Part shown: in pieces, positions 1-8,455 of the stretch
Numbering within the stretch: position 1 is the first letter of the stretch
Layout: each line of letters opens with the position of its first letter
From: Elusimicrobiota bacterium
GTDB lineage: Bacteria > Elusimicrobiota > Elusimicrobia > UBA1565 > UBA9628
Assembly: GCA_044450965.1 (NCBI GenBank)
Contig: JBIOJO010000012.1
Location: forward strand, 3,040 to 67,039
DNA: 64,000 nucleotides
Reading direction: 5' to 3'
Program-made: the position numbers and the translations under genes
The notes under the pieces: generated by a model
Database searches by the model: none
What the model was told of the DNA's origin: nothing
Seen by the model: the letters and a program-made list of their open reading frames with translations, nothing else

Positions 1-143
1 GTCGTTGTCGTCGTCCTTTCTCGGCGTCGCTATCCAGAGCATCGGTGTCCTCGTTAAGAATGGGCCTTAGCAAATCCTACGAAATCGCCGTCACATGGCG
101 ATCGCGAAGGTTAGATGTGATCTTTGGAATCGGACGCCACCGG

Positions 144-1112
144 TTAGCGGACCACGACATTCTTTTGACCTCCAGGAACAATCCCCATTCGATCCATCGG
201 GCTGAATTGCCGGTGAAGCTTTGCAACGTCGCGATTGGCCAGGCCGACGTAGATTTTCACCATGTCCAGCGTTGAGTGTCCAAGAATCTGCTGCAGGCTA
301 AACGCATCGCCGCCGTTCAAGATGTACTGAGTGGCGAAGGTATGGCGCATCGTGTGGGGGGAGACGCGGACGCCCTGGATGCTCGCCTGGGCTCCCAAGC
401 GGTGGAACCCCTTGCGCAGCAGATGGCGACAGCATCGCCCGCCGAAGCGGCTGACGAAGAACAGGTCCTGACCGGGAATCTCGCCACGGCGAGCCATGTA
501 GTTCCACAGCGCGCGCTTGGAGTTGATCCCGAAGGGGACATCGCGCTCCTTGCCGCCCTTGCCCATGACACGCAGGATGCCGGTGTTGAAGTCGATGGCG
601 TCCTTGCGCAGGCCGATGACCTCCGAGATTCGCAGGCCGGTGTCGAAGATCAGGACCATGATGGTCCAGAGCCGGTGCTCGTCGTAGCGTTTTTGCCGGC
701 ATTGGGCGAGCAGGAGTCGCACCTGCTCCATCGACAGCGGCTTGATAAGCTTGCGCTCGACCCGCGGCTTTTCGACAAGCTGGATGGGGTTCTGCGGGAT
801 CATCCGTTCCCGCGAGAGGAAGCCGAAGAAGCAACGCAGGCCGCCGTAGGCGCGCTCGACGGTGACCGTGCTATTGCCGCGCCCACGCATCGCTTCGAGA
901 TACTGCCGCAGGTGCGTCGGCGTCACCTCACGGACGGTCGAGACGCCGCGCTCCTCCAGGAACGCGCCGAACATCTTCAGCAACTGCTTGTACCAGCCGA
1001 GCGTGCCGGGGGACAATTGCTGGGCCTGGCAGCGCAGCCGAAAGGCCTCCGAGGCCGAGCCTAGCGTCACTTCGAACTGGGCGGCGGGGCGGAACGCGAG
1101 CGTTTTTCTCAT
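144..1112 (-). CDS. tyrosine-type site-specific recombinase/integrase (phage integrase family, XerC/XerD-like)
   Basis: Translation carries an N-terminal SAM-like core-binding region and a C-terminal catalytic domain with the R...HxxR...Y signature (RHTFATQYILNGGDAFSLQQILGHSTLDMVKIYV). The ORF opens at a TTG at 1124; the ATG at 1112 (MRKTLAF) is the more likely start. It lies directly downstream of the tRNA 3' end. Confidence 0.85.
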   Translation of the reverse strand: MRKTLAFRPAAQFEVTLGSASEAFRLRCQAQQLSPGTLGWYKQLLKMFGAFLEERGVSTVREVTPTHLRQYLEAMRGRGNSTVTVERAYGGLRCFFGFLSRERMIPQNPIQLVEKPRVERKLIKPLSMEQVRLLLAQCRQKRYDEHRLWTIMVLIFDTGLRISEVIGLRKDAIDFNTGILRVMGKGGKERDVPFGINSKRALWNYMARRGEIPGQDLFFVSRFGGRCCRHLLRKGFHRLGAQASIQGVRVSPHTMRHTFATQYILNGGDAFSLQQILGHSTLDMVKIYVGLANRDVAKLHRQFSPMDRMGIVPGGQKNVVVR

Positions 1113-1157
1113 TTTGACCCCCAACTAACCTTGTGGTGTGGCGAGGGTCCAAAAAAG

Positions 1158-1190
1158 AAAAACCCTGGCCTTTTGGACCAGGGTTTTTGT
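1158..1190. terminator. bidirectional Rho-independent terminator-like hairpin between tRNA and integrase
   Basis: Perfect 11-bp inverted repeat aaaaaccctgg / ccagggttttt with a 9-nt loop. It is flanked by A-run and T-run, so it reads as stem plus U-tract on either strand. Confidence 0.6.
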
Positions 1191-1218
1191 CGGTTTCTCG
1201 TCGAGAAACGCCGCGAAA

Positions 1219-1295
1219 TGGTTGCGGGGGCTGGATTTGAACCAGCGACCTCAAGGTTATGAGCCTTGCGAGCTACCGGGCTGCTCTACCCCGCA
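1219..1295 (-). tRNA. tRNA-Met: tRNA-Met (anticodon CAT; elongator-type or possibly tRNA-Ile2 if lysidinylated), CCA encoded
   Basis: Reverse complement folds as a cloverleaf: acceptor TGCGGGG/CCCCGCA, D arm GAGC..GCTC, anticodon stem CAAGG/CCTTG with loop CTCATAA, T arm GCTGG-TTCAAAT-CCAGC, then ACCA. It lacks the three consecutive G-C pairs in the anticodon stem and the 1-72 mismatch of an initiator. Confidence 0.85.
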
Positions 1296-1389
1296 GAAGG
1301 ATGATAGCACGCGGGGGTAGACAAGTCAATGCCTCTCGGCGCTTATCGCGTATCTGCTAATATTGGACCTTAGCCCGGACCACTATCCA

Positions 1390-4263
1390 ATGAGATTCGC
1401 CATTCACTGGAGAAAAGCCCAAACCCTCTTCTTCGCCGTCGGCCTTCTCCTCGTTTCCGTCCCCGTCTGGGCGCAATACGCCAACGGCATGAACGCCGGC
1501 GGCGTTCTCGGCCAGGCCGGGTTTTTCTCGAATTCCGCGGATTTCACCCAGTCCGCGCTGAATACCCCCTGGGGAGTGGCCGTCGACACGGCCGGCGACG
1601 TTTGGCTGGCCGACAGCGCCAACAACCGCGTCCTCGAATTCCGCCCGCCGTTTTCCAACGGCATGAACGCCAGCCTGGTCCTCGGCCAGCCCGACTTCGT
1701 CTCCAGCTCCACCGCCGTCTCCACCGCGTCCCTGTCCTTCCCCATCGGAGTCGCCGTGGATGGAACCGGAAACGTCTGGGTCGCCGACTACGGAAACAAC
1801 CGCGTCCTCCAGTTCCAGCCTCCGTTTTCCAACGGGATGAACGCCAGCCTGGTCCTGGGCCAGCCCACTTTTTCCTCGAGCTCGTTCGTCGTGCCGCTGT
1901 CGTCCTCCATGCACAATCCCACCGGCGTCCTGGTCGACGGCGCCGGAAACGTCTGGGTGACCGATCAGGCGAACAACCGCGTGCTCGAGTTCCAGCCCCC
2001 GTTGACTAACGGCATGAACGCCGCCCTCGTCTTGGGCCAAGCCCTCTTCACCAACAACTCTGCCGGCACCACCCAGTCGACCCTGAGTTCTCCCACCGGC
2101 ATAGCCGCGGACCCTTCCGGGAATTTGTGGATCGCCAGTTCCGGCAACAACAGGGTCCTGAAGTTCACTCCTCCGTTCTCCACCGGCATGAACGCTTCCG
2201 TCGTTCTCGGCCAGCCCGACTTCGTCTCGGGCGCCTCCGGAACCTCGCAGTCGGCTTTCTCCAACCCCGTCGGTCTCGCCGCCGACCCTTCGGGAAACGT
2301 CTGGATCGCCGACTACGCCAACAACCGGACGCTTGAGTTTTCGCCGCCGTTCAGCGTCGGCATGAACGCTGCCCTCGTCCTGGGGGAAACCAACTTCACT
2401 TCGAATACCCACAGCAGCACCCAGTCGACCCTGTACGGCCCTTCCGGCGTCGCGTCCGATCCCAAGGGGAACGTGTGGATTCTGGACAACCTCAACAACC
2501 GCGCGCTCTCATTTAGCGGAAGCCCGCGCCTGGCCCCGGGCGGCGTGACCGCCGGCGCCTTGGGGATTTCGTCGGTCACCTGGACTTGGAACGCCGTCGC
2601 CGGCGCCGCCAGCTACAATTTTTATCCGTCCAGCGGCGGCCCCGCCATTCCCAGCGCCGGAACCTCCTTGAGCCAGACCGCGCTTTCCACCGACACCGCC
2701 TACGGCGCCCGGGTGTCGGCCGTGAACCCGTACGGCGAGGGACCCTTGTCCCTGTCGACGAGCGTCTTCACCCTGGCCGCTCCCCCGTCGTCGTTTTCCC
2801 TGGTTCAGACCGCCAGCACCACCGTCGCCGTCTCGTGGGGCGCCAACACCAATCCCGGGGTGAACTATCGCGTCGATTATTGGCGGGCGACGGGCTCCAC
2901 CAGTTCCCTGACGACGGCCTCCACCCAGGCGACCCTGACCGGCCTGAGCGCCGCGTCCACTTACTACGTGACCGTCTCCGCCCTCAACGGCAACGCCCTC
3001 GCCGCTCCGTGCGGCGTCGTCCTCTCCACGGTCACCACGCCGCCGCCGCCGTCCACGGCGCCGGCTGGCTTGTCGGGAGCCGCGCTGGGGGTTTCGTCGA
3101 TTTCCTGGACGTGGAGCGCCGTCGCCGGGGCGAGCGGCTATAATTTTTACCCGTCCAGCGGCGGCCCCGCCATCGCCGTCGCCGGACCGCCGCTGACGCA
3201 GACGGGGCTTTCGACCAACGCCGTTTACGGCGCCCGGGTGTCCGCGTGGAACGCCTTCGGCGAGGGCCCGCTGTCCGCCAGCACGGCCGTCTACACTTCG
3301 GCCGCGGCTCCCGCGGCGTTCGCTCTGGTCCAAACGACCAGCGTGACCGCGACCGTTTCCTGGGGCGCCGCCGGCAATCCTTCCCCGGCGACTTCCTACA
3401 CGGCGAGTTACTGGGCGGCCGCCGGTTCCACCAGCAGCCTGACCACGAGCGCCACCCAAATCACCGCGACGGGATTGTCCCCGGCGACGACGTATTATTT
3501 CACCGTCGCGGCGGCCAACGGCAACGCCGTCGCCGCGCCGTCCGCCGTGGTCCTTTCGACGGTCACCCCGGCCGCCCAGACCGTGGCCGTGGGCGCGTCC
3601 GGCGGCGTGGTCTCTTTCAGCCCGCCCGCCGGTCCGGTGACGCTGACCATTCCTCCGGGAACGTTCGCGACGCCGGTCAACGTGACCTTGAGCGCGCCGT
3701 CCATTTTCCCCGGCGGCGCCGGTCCGGGGGAGAACCTGACGGGGACCGGCGTCGGATTCTCGATCGCCCTCGATCTACTCGTCCAGCCGGCGGTCGGCGT
3801 GAGGCTGTCGGTGTCGTATCGTCCCGGCGACGTCGTCGGCATCGACCAGAGCGCTTTGCTCCTGGCGCGCTACGACCCCGGCCGGAATAACTGGCTGCCC
3901 TTGACGTCGTCGGTCGACGCCTTGACCCGGACGGTGACGGCGCAGACCGATCATTTCTCGACCTTCCAGCTGATGGCGGCCGCCCGCTCGACGAGCGTTT
4001 CGTCGGCAAAGGCGTTCCCCAATCCCCTGCGGCCTTCCCAGGGGCAGAGCTCCATGACGTTCTCGTTCCTCCCGGCCGCGTCGAGGATCCGCATCTACGA
4101 TCTGAAGGGCGTCCTGATCAAGGACCTGACCGCGGATGCCTTGGGGACGGCGAGTTGGGACGCGACCAATCGGGCGGGCGCCGCCGTCGCCAGCGGCGTT
4201 TATTTCGTGTACGCCCAGGGCGCCGGCCAAAGCCGCACCCTGGAAGTGGCGGTGCAGCGTTGA
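1390..4263 (+). CDS. secreted NHL-repeat beta-propeller / fibronectin-III protein with T9SS-type C-terminal sorting domain
   Basis: Signal peptide MRFAIHWRKAQTLFFAVGLLLVSVPVWAQ. About six repeats of the ...GVAVD..GNVWVADxxNNRVLEF... type (NHL-like). Then Fn3-like modules (SSVTWTWNAVAGAASYNFYPSS..., YYVTVSALNGN). The C-terminal ~80 aa carry FPNP, IRIYDLKGVLIKDL and GVYFVYAQG motifs typical of the Por secretion tail / FlgD-Ig-like domain. The ORF opens at a TTG at 1363; ATG 1390 is preferred. Confidence 0.85.
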   Translation: MRFAIHWRKAQTLFFAVGLLLVSVPVWAQYANGMNAGGVLGQAGFFSNSADFTQSALNTPWGVAVDTAGDVWLADSANNRVLEFRPPFSNGMNASLVLGQPDFVSSSTAVSTASLSFPIGVAVDGTGNVWVADYGNNRVLQFQPPFSNGMNASLVLGQPTFSSSSFVVPLSSSMHNPTGVLVDGAGNVWVTDQANNRVLEFQPPLTNGMNAALVLGQALFTNNSAGTTQSTLSSPTGIAADPSGNLWIASSGNNRVLKFTPPFSTGMNASVVLGQPDFVSGASGTSQSAFSNPVGLAADPSGNVWIADYANNRTLEFSPPFSVGMNAALVLGETNFTSNTHSSTQSTLYGPSGVASDPKGNVWILDNLNNRALSFSGSPRLAPGGVTAGALGISSVTWTWNAVAGAASYNFYPSSGGPAIPSAGTSLSQTALSTDTAYGARVSAVNPYGEGPLSLSTSVFTLAAPPSSFSLVQTASTTVAVSWGANTNPGVNYRVDYWRATGSTSSLTTASTQATLTGLSAASTYYVTVSALNGNALAAPCGVVLSTVTTPPPPSTAPAGLSGAALGVSSISWTWSAVAGASGYNFYPSSGGPAIAVAGPPLTQTGLSTNAVYGARVSAWNAFGEGPLSASTAVYTSAAAPAAFALVQTTSVTATVSWGAAGNPSPATSYTASYWAAAGSTSSLTTSATQITATGLSPATTYYFTVAAANGNAVAAPSAVVLSTVTPAAQTVAVGASGGVVSFSPPAGPVTLTIPPGTFATPVNVTLSAPSIFPGGAGPGENLTGTGVGFSIALDLLVQPAVGVRLSVSYRPGDVVGIDQSALLLARYDPGRNNWLPLTSSVDALTRTVTAQTDHFSTFQLMAAARSTSVSSAKAFPNPLRPSQGQSSMTFSFLPAASRIRIYDLKGVLIKDLTADALGTASWDATNRAGAAVASGVYFVYAQGAGQSRTLEVAVQR

Positions 4264-5225
4264 GGCGCTTCCTGGTCCTCGCGGTCTTGGCGCTTCCGGC
4301 CGTTCCGGCCTTCGCGGCGGGCTTCTCGTCGTCGGGGCGGGGCTCGACGGCCGCGGAATTCCTCGATCGGGGGGTCGGCGCGCGCGCCGTCGCCATGGGC
4401 GGAGCCTACAGCTCGGTGGCCGACGACGCCGGCGCGATGTACTGGAACCCCGCGGCGTTGAGCCGCATCTGGAACCGCTCGGCGACGTTCATGCACGCGT
4501 CCTACGTCGGCTCGAGCTATTTCGACTACAGCGCCTACGGCCAGAATCTGGGGAACGGCGCCGCGTTCGGGGCGGGCCTGCAGTATTTTTCGGCCGGAGG
4601 AATCGCCCAGACGGACGCGGCGGGAGCCGACGCCGGAAGTTTCAATCCGTACGACCTGGCTTTGTCGCTGGGCGGCGCTTACAATCTGGACAGTCTGGGC
4701 GGTCTGGACGCGGCGGGACTGACGGCCTTGAAAGGATTCTCCGTCGGCGCGGCGGCGAAGTTGATCCGCTCGCGGATCCTGACGACGGCGCAGACGGAAG
4801 CCTTGGACTTCGGCGTGCTTTCCCCTGCCTATATGGGCGAACGTCTGCGCCTGGCCTTCACGATGACGAACCTGGGCGGCGCGCTGAAGTTCGACGCGGA
4901 CAAGGAAAATCTGCCGTTGAATTTCAGGCTGGGCGGCTCCTATAGAATTTCCGACCGCTGGCTGGCGGCGTTGGACGTGAATTTCCCGCGCAACGACAGC
5001 CCCTACGCCGCCTTGGGAACCGAGTTCCAATTGGCGAAGAGCGGTCCATGGAAAATGACGGGGCGCGCCGGGTTCAATTCGGAGACAATCGGCAGCATCG
5101 ATGGATTTTCCGGCGTCTCGGTCGGGATCGGCCTGGGTTATGAGCGCCTGACGGTGGACTATGCCTTCGTCCCGCTGGGGGGCCTCGGTCAGGCCCATCG
5201 CATGTCGCTGACCTGCGATTTCTAG
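4260..5225 (+). CDS. PorV/UPF0164-like outer-membrane beta-barrel protein (paralog 1)
   Basis: N-terminal motif AEFLDRGVGARAVAMGGAYSSVADDAGAMYWNPAAL matches the PorV/LptO-type signature. Signal peptide LVLAVLALPAVPAFAA. Probable TTG start at 4260 overlaps the upstream TGA (TTGA coupling). The ORF track begins earlier, at 4155, inside the upstream gene. Confidence 0.75.
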   Translation: MRRFLVLAVLALPAVPAFAAGFSSSGRGSTAAEFLDRGVGARAVAMGGAYSSVADDAGAMYWNPAALSRIWNRSATFMHASYVGSSYFDYSAYGQNLGNGAAFGAGLQYFSAGGIAQTDAAGADAGSFNPYDLALSLGGAYNLDSLGGLDAAGLTALKGFSVGAAAKLIRSRILTTAQTEALDFGVLSPAYMGERLRLAFTMTNLGGALKFDADKENLPLNFRLGGSYRISDRWLAALDVNFPRNDSPYAALGTEFQLAKSGPWKMTGRAGFNSETIGSIDGFSGVSVGIGLGYERLTVDYAFVPLGGLGQAHRMSLTCDF

Positions 5226-5279
5226 TCGAACCGGGAGCGGCGGCGTGCCGGGTTTAAACGCCCCCGGCAATATGACAGA

Positions 5280-5678
5280 ATGGCCCGGGCGCCCGAATCC
5301 ATGAAGAAAAAAATACTGGTCGTCGACGACGAAGAGGAGTACCGCGTCCTCCAGACGCGCGTGCTGTCGGCCGCGGGGTACGAGGTGTTCTCCGCCGGCA
5401 ACGGCGCGGACGGCCTGAAGCTGTTCGCCTCGAAAATCCCCGACCTGATCATGCTGGACGTCATGCTTCCCGACATGTTGGGATTCGATTTCTGCCATAA
5501 GATCCGCGCCGGCAAGACGGCCCCGCAGACCCCGGTGCTTTTCTGCAGCGTGCGCTCCGCGGTGTCCAGCCTGGCGCGCGGAATCAAGGAAGGCTCGACC
5601 GATTACGTGATCAAGCCCTTCATCCCCGAGGATCTTCTCAAACGCGTGGCCCAAGCGCTCGGAGAAGCCAAGCCGTGA
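5280..5678 (+). CDS. stand-alone response-regulator receiver (CheY-like) protein
   Basis: KKILVVDDEEEYR...LIMLDVMLPDMLGFDF...YVIKPF: receiver-domain phospho-acceptor Asp and the KPF motif. No output domain. An alternative ATG lies at 5301. Confidence 0.8.
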   Translation: MARAPESMKKKILVVDDEEEYRVLQTRVLSAAGYEVFSAGNGADGLKLFASKIPDLIMLDVMLPDMLGFDFCHKIRAGKTAPQTPVLFCSVRSAVSSLARGIKEGSTDYVIKPFIPEDLLKRVAQALGEAKP

Positions 5679-6397
5679 GCGCGATGCCGACCGTGGCCCT
5701 GGTGGACGCGGACCGCGAGTGGCCGCGCGCGGCCGAAAAAGCCCGGGCCGGCGCCGGCTACCGCGTGGAGCTTCATCAAAGCCTGGGGAAATTCCTGGAC
5801 GCGCTCACGGCGCGCCCGCCCGAAGTCCTGATCATGGACATGCACCTGCCGGGCATGGAGGGCCGCGAGATCTTCCGCGCCCTGCGCGCCAGCCCCGAGA
5901 CGGCGAAGATGATCCTGGTGGGCCTGTCCGGACTGCCGAAATCCAAGGACGAGGCCACCGCCGCGTTCAAGGCCGGCGCCGACGAATATTTCTACAAGCC
6001 CGTGGATCAGACTTTGCTCCTGGTGCGCCTGCGGTCGCTGCTGCGGCGCGCGCCGTTGCCCGCGGCGGAGGTCAACATCCGCCACTTCGGGATCACCGTC
6101 TACCCCGAGAGCCGCCTGTGCCGCGTGGAGGGAAAAGAAATCCGGCTGACCCGCCTGGAGTTCGATCTGCTGCTGGAGTTCCTGCGCAATCCCCAGCGCG
6201 TGCTGACGCGCGGCGGGCTGATCGACGCGCTGTGGAGCGGGGAGTCGTCCCGCGGCTCCCGCGCCGTGGACCGCCACATCCACGCCCTGCGCGCGAAGCT
6301 GGGCGGCTGCGGCGACCTGCTGGAGACCTTGGTGGGCGTCGGCTACCGGCTCACGAGCGCGCGGGGCCGGCCGTCGTCAGCGGCAGCTCGAAGCTGA
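5675..6397 (+). CDS. OmpR-family response regulator (REC + winged-helix)
   Basis: Receiver domain (LIMDMHLPGMEG, FYKPV) followed by an OmpR/PhoB-type trans_reg_C domain (RLTRLEFDLLLEFLRNPQRVLTR...VDRHIHALRAKLG...GVGYRL). The GTG start overlaps the upstream TGA. Confidence 0.85.
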   Translation: MSAMPTVALVDADREWPRAAEKARAGAGYRVELHQSLGKFLDALTARPPEVLIMDMHLPGMEGREIFRALRASPETAKMILVGLSGLPKSKDEATAAFKAGADEYFYKPVDQTLLLVRLRSLLRRAPLPAAEVNIRHFGITVYPESRLCRVEGKEIRLTRLEFDLLLEFLRNPQRVLTRGGLIDALWSGESSRGSRAVDRHIHALRAKLGGCGDLLETLVGVGYRLTSARGRPSSAAARS

Positions 6398-7694
6398 ACC
6401 GGCTGCCTTTTCCGGGTTCCGACTCCACGCCGATGCGCCCGCCGTGCCGCTGCACGATGGCCTGGGAGATGGCCAGGCCCAGCCCCGTGCCCGTGGCGCG
6501 CAGGGCGTTGGGGACCCGCTCGAACGGCGTGAAGATCCTCTCGCGCGCCTCGGCCGCGAGGCCCACGCCCGTGTCGGACACCGTGATCCGGACGCCGTCC
6601 GCCGTGCGCGCGGCGGAGAGCTCCACGCGCCCGCCGGCGGGCGTGAACTTGAGCGCGTTGGAGACCAGGTTGGCCATGACCTGGGCGATGAGATCCGGGT
6701 CGAACGGGAACGCGGGCAGGCCCGGCTCCACCCGGACGCTCATCTCCAGCGAGGCGTCGCGCGCGCGGGGGGAGAAGAACAGCGCGGCGTCCTCCACCAC
6801 GGGGCCGATCTCGGCCAGGCGGGGCTCGAAGTCCAGCTTGCCGCGCTCGATCTTGGACATCTCCAGCATGGAGTTGACGAAGTGCTCCAGGCGCGCGGCG
6901 TGCTTGCGGATGGACTGAAGGCTGACGCGGCCCTCGGGCGTCAGCCCTTCCGGCCGCTCCAGCAAGGTCCGCACCTGGCTTTCGATGGCGCCCAGGGGCG
7001 ATCTCAGCTCGTGGCTGACCGACGCGACCAGCATCTTCTTCATTTCGTCCAGCTCGCCCAGCTTGTGGGACATGTCGTTGACCTGGCGGGCCAGCTGGGT
7101 CATCTCGTCGGCGTCGTCCGAGTGCGCGACCTTCGCGTATTCGCCGGTGCCGATGTCCTTGAGCGCCGCCTCGATGCGGGAGATGCGCCTGGTCAGCGTG
7201 CGGCCCAGAGGAAACGAGAGCAGGATACCCAGCAGGACGGCGGCGCCGGCGACGCGCGTCACGTCTTTGATCATCGCGTCGAATTCCCGGCGCTCGCGCT
7301 GGGCGAGCAGGCGCGTGGAGAGCCGGATCTCCACCACCGCGCGCTTGCCGTCGGGCTGAGACGCCTCGATCAGGCGCGGCGCGGCCTCGGCGTCCTCCGG
7401 GGCGGCGGGGCCGCCCACCGTCTGCCACTCGCCGTCCAGCTGAACGCGGCAGAGCGTGACTTCCGGCCGGTCGCGGCGGAGCGAGGTCAGCTGCGAGATC
7501 AGCAGCAGCGGGTCCGCCGCCAGCAGCGATTCCTGCGCGGCCTTGCGCACGCTTTCGACGAGAATCTGCTCCTTCTCCAGCTCGGAACGGCGCAGCGCGC
7601 CGCGCTGTAGCGACACGAAGGCCAGGGCGGAGGCGGCCACGGACAGCGCCACGGTCACGCTGAGAACCAGCGCGAGCTTGGTGGAGATCTTCAC
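6351..7694 (-). CDS. sensor histidine kinase (TM-HAMP-HisKA-HATPase)
   Basis: N-terminal TM and HAMP-like segment. H-box SHELRSPLGAIES. G-boxes DTGVGL and GTGLGLAISQAIVQRHGGRIGVESEPGKGSRFSF. Convergent 3' overlap with the regulator. Confidence 0.85.
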   Translation of the reverse strand: MKISTKLALVLSVTVALSVAASALAFVSLQRGALRRSELEKEQILVESVRKAAQESLLAADPLLLISQLTSLRRDRPEVTLCRVQLDGEWQTVGGPAAPEDAEAAPRLIEASQPDGKRAVVEIRLSTRLLAQRERREFDAMIKDVTRVAGAAVLLGILLSFPLGRTLTRRISRIEAALKDIGTGEYAKVAHSDDADEMTQLARQVNDMSHKLGELDEMKKMLVASVSHELRSPLGAIESQVRTLLERPEGLTPEGRVSLQSIRKHAARLEHFVNSMLEMSKIERGKLDFEPRLAEIGPVVEDAALFFSPRARDASLEMSVRVEPGLPAFPFDPDLIAQVMANLVSNALKFTPAGGRVELSAARTADGVRITVSDTGVGLAAEARERIFTPFERVPNALRATGTGLGLAISQAIVQRHGGRIGVESEPGKGSRFSFELPLTTAGPARS

Positions 7695-8323
7695 CGGTCC
7701 AGTTTGAGCCGCTTGAGGGCTTTGGTCGCGTCCGGGTTGCCGGGATCCAGGTCCAAGACGCTCAAGAAGGCGGTCGTCGCCTGGAGGTACTGGCCCGAGG
7801 CGTAGTACTTGACGCCCATTTTATAAAGCGACTGGACCTTGGCTTTCGTCTCCGCCGACATTTCCTTCGAGGCGACCGGAGCGGCGGCGACGGCCGTCGC
7901 GGTGGAGGCCGACTCGACGAATTCCCCGTCGGCGAGACCCAGGCTGCGGCGCGTCACCAGGATGGAATTTTCGAGTTCGCGCCGCTTCGTCATGTCGTGC
8001 TCGAGCGGAAGGGCGCGGGTCCAAACCGTCAGGGCTTCGCCGTACCGGCCCAGGACGTAATAGATGGACCCGATGCGGTCCATCGCGGACACGTCGTTCT
8101 GCTTCAGCTCGAACGCCTGCTTCACCAGCGAAAGACCCAGCTCGTAGTTGCCGTGGCGGTAGGCGGCCTCGATCTTCTTGAGCAGGTCGGCCAAGGTGGG
8201 GGAGGGCTGCTCCACTTCGGGGCCGGCGTTGTCGGCTTCCTTGGGGGAAACGGCGCGTGACGGCGCCGAGGAGCAGCCGGCCAGTCCGATAGCGAAAAAG
8301 AGAGACAGGGAAAGGATTTTCAT
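7691..8323 (-). CDS. TPR-repeat lipoprotein
   Basis: Lipoprotein signal MKILSLSLFFAIGLAGCSS. TPR-like repeats (YRHGNYELGLSLVKQAFEL, YYVLGRYGEALTVW, YYASGQYLQATTAFLSVLDLDPGN). Confidence 0.7.
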   Translation of the reverse strand: MKILSLSLFFAIGLAGCSSAPSRAVSPKEADNAGPEVEQPSPTLADLLKKIEAAYRHGNYELGLSLVKQAFELKQNDVSAMDRIGSIYYVLGRYGEALTVWTRALPLEHDMTKRRELENSILVTRRSLGLADGEFVESASTATAVAAAPVASKEMSAETKAKVQSLYKMGVKYYASGQYLQATTAFLSVLDLDPGNPDATKALKRLKLDR

Positions 8324-8455
8324 TTCCGTAACCTCGGTAAAACCGATGTAACAAAATCGTCAAACCGTGACTTCATAATACCCTATATAGGAAATCTGGA
8401 AAACGAATTATAAGCAATTCCAAATAATGTATTCTCGATCTTCCATATTTCCCAA

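Noticed and set aside
276-1064. Plus-strand ORFs overlapping the integrase (276-1064, 862-1128)
   Set aside because: Antisense to a well-supported integrase gene and without motifs.
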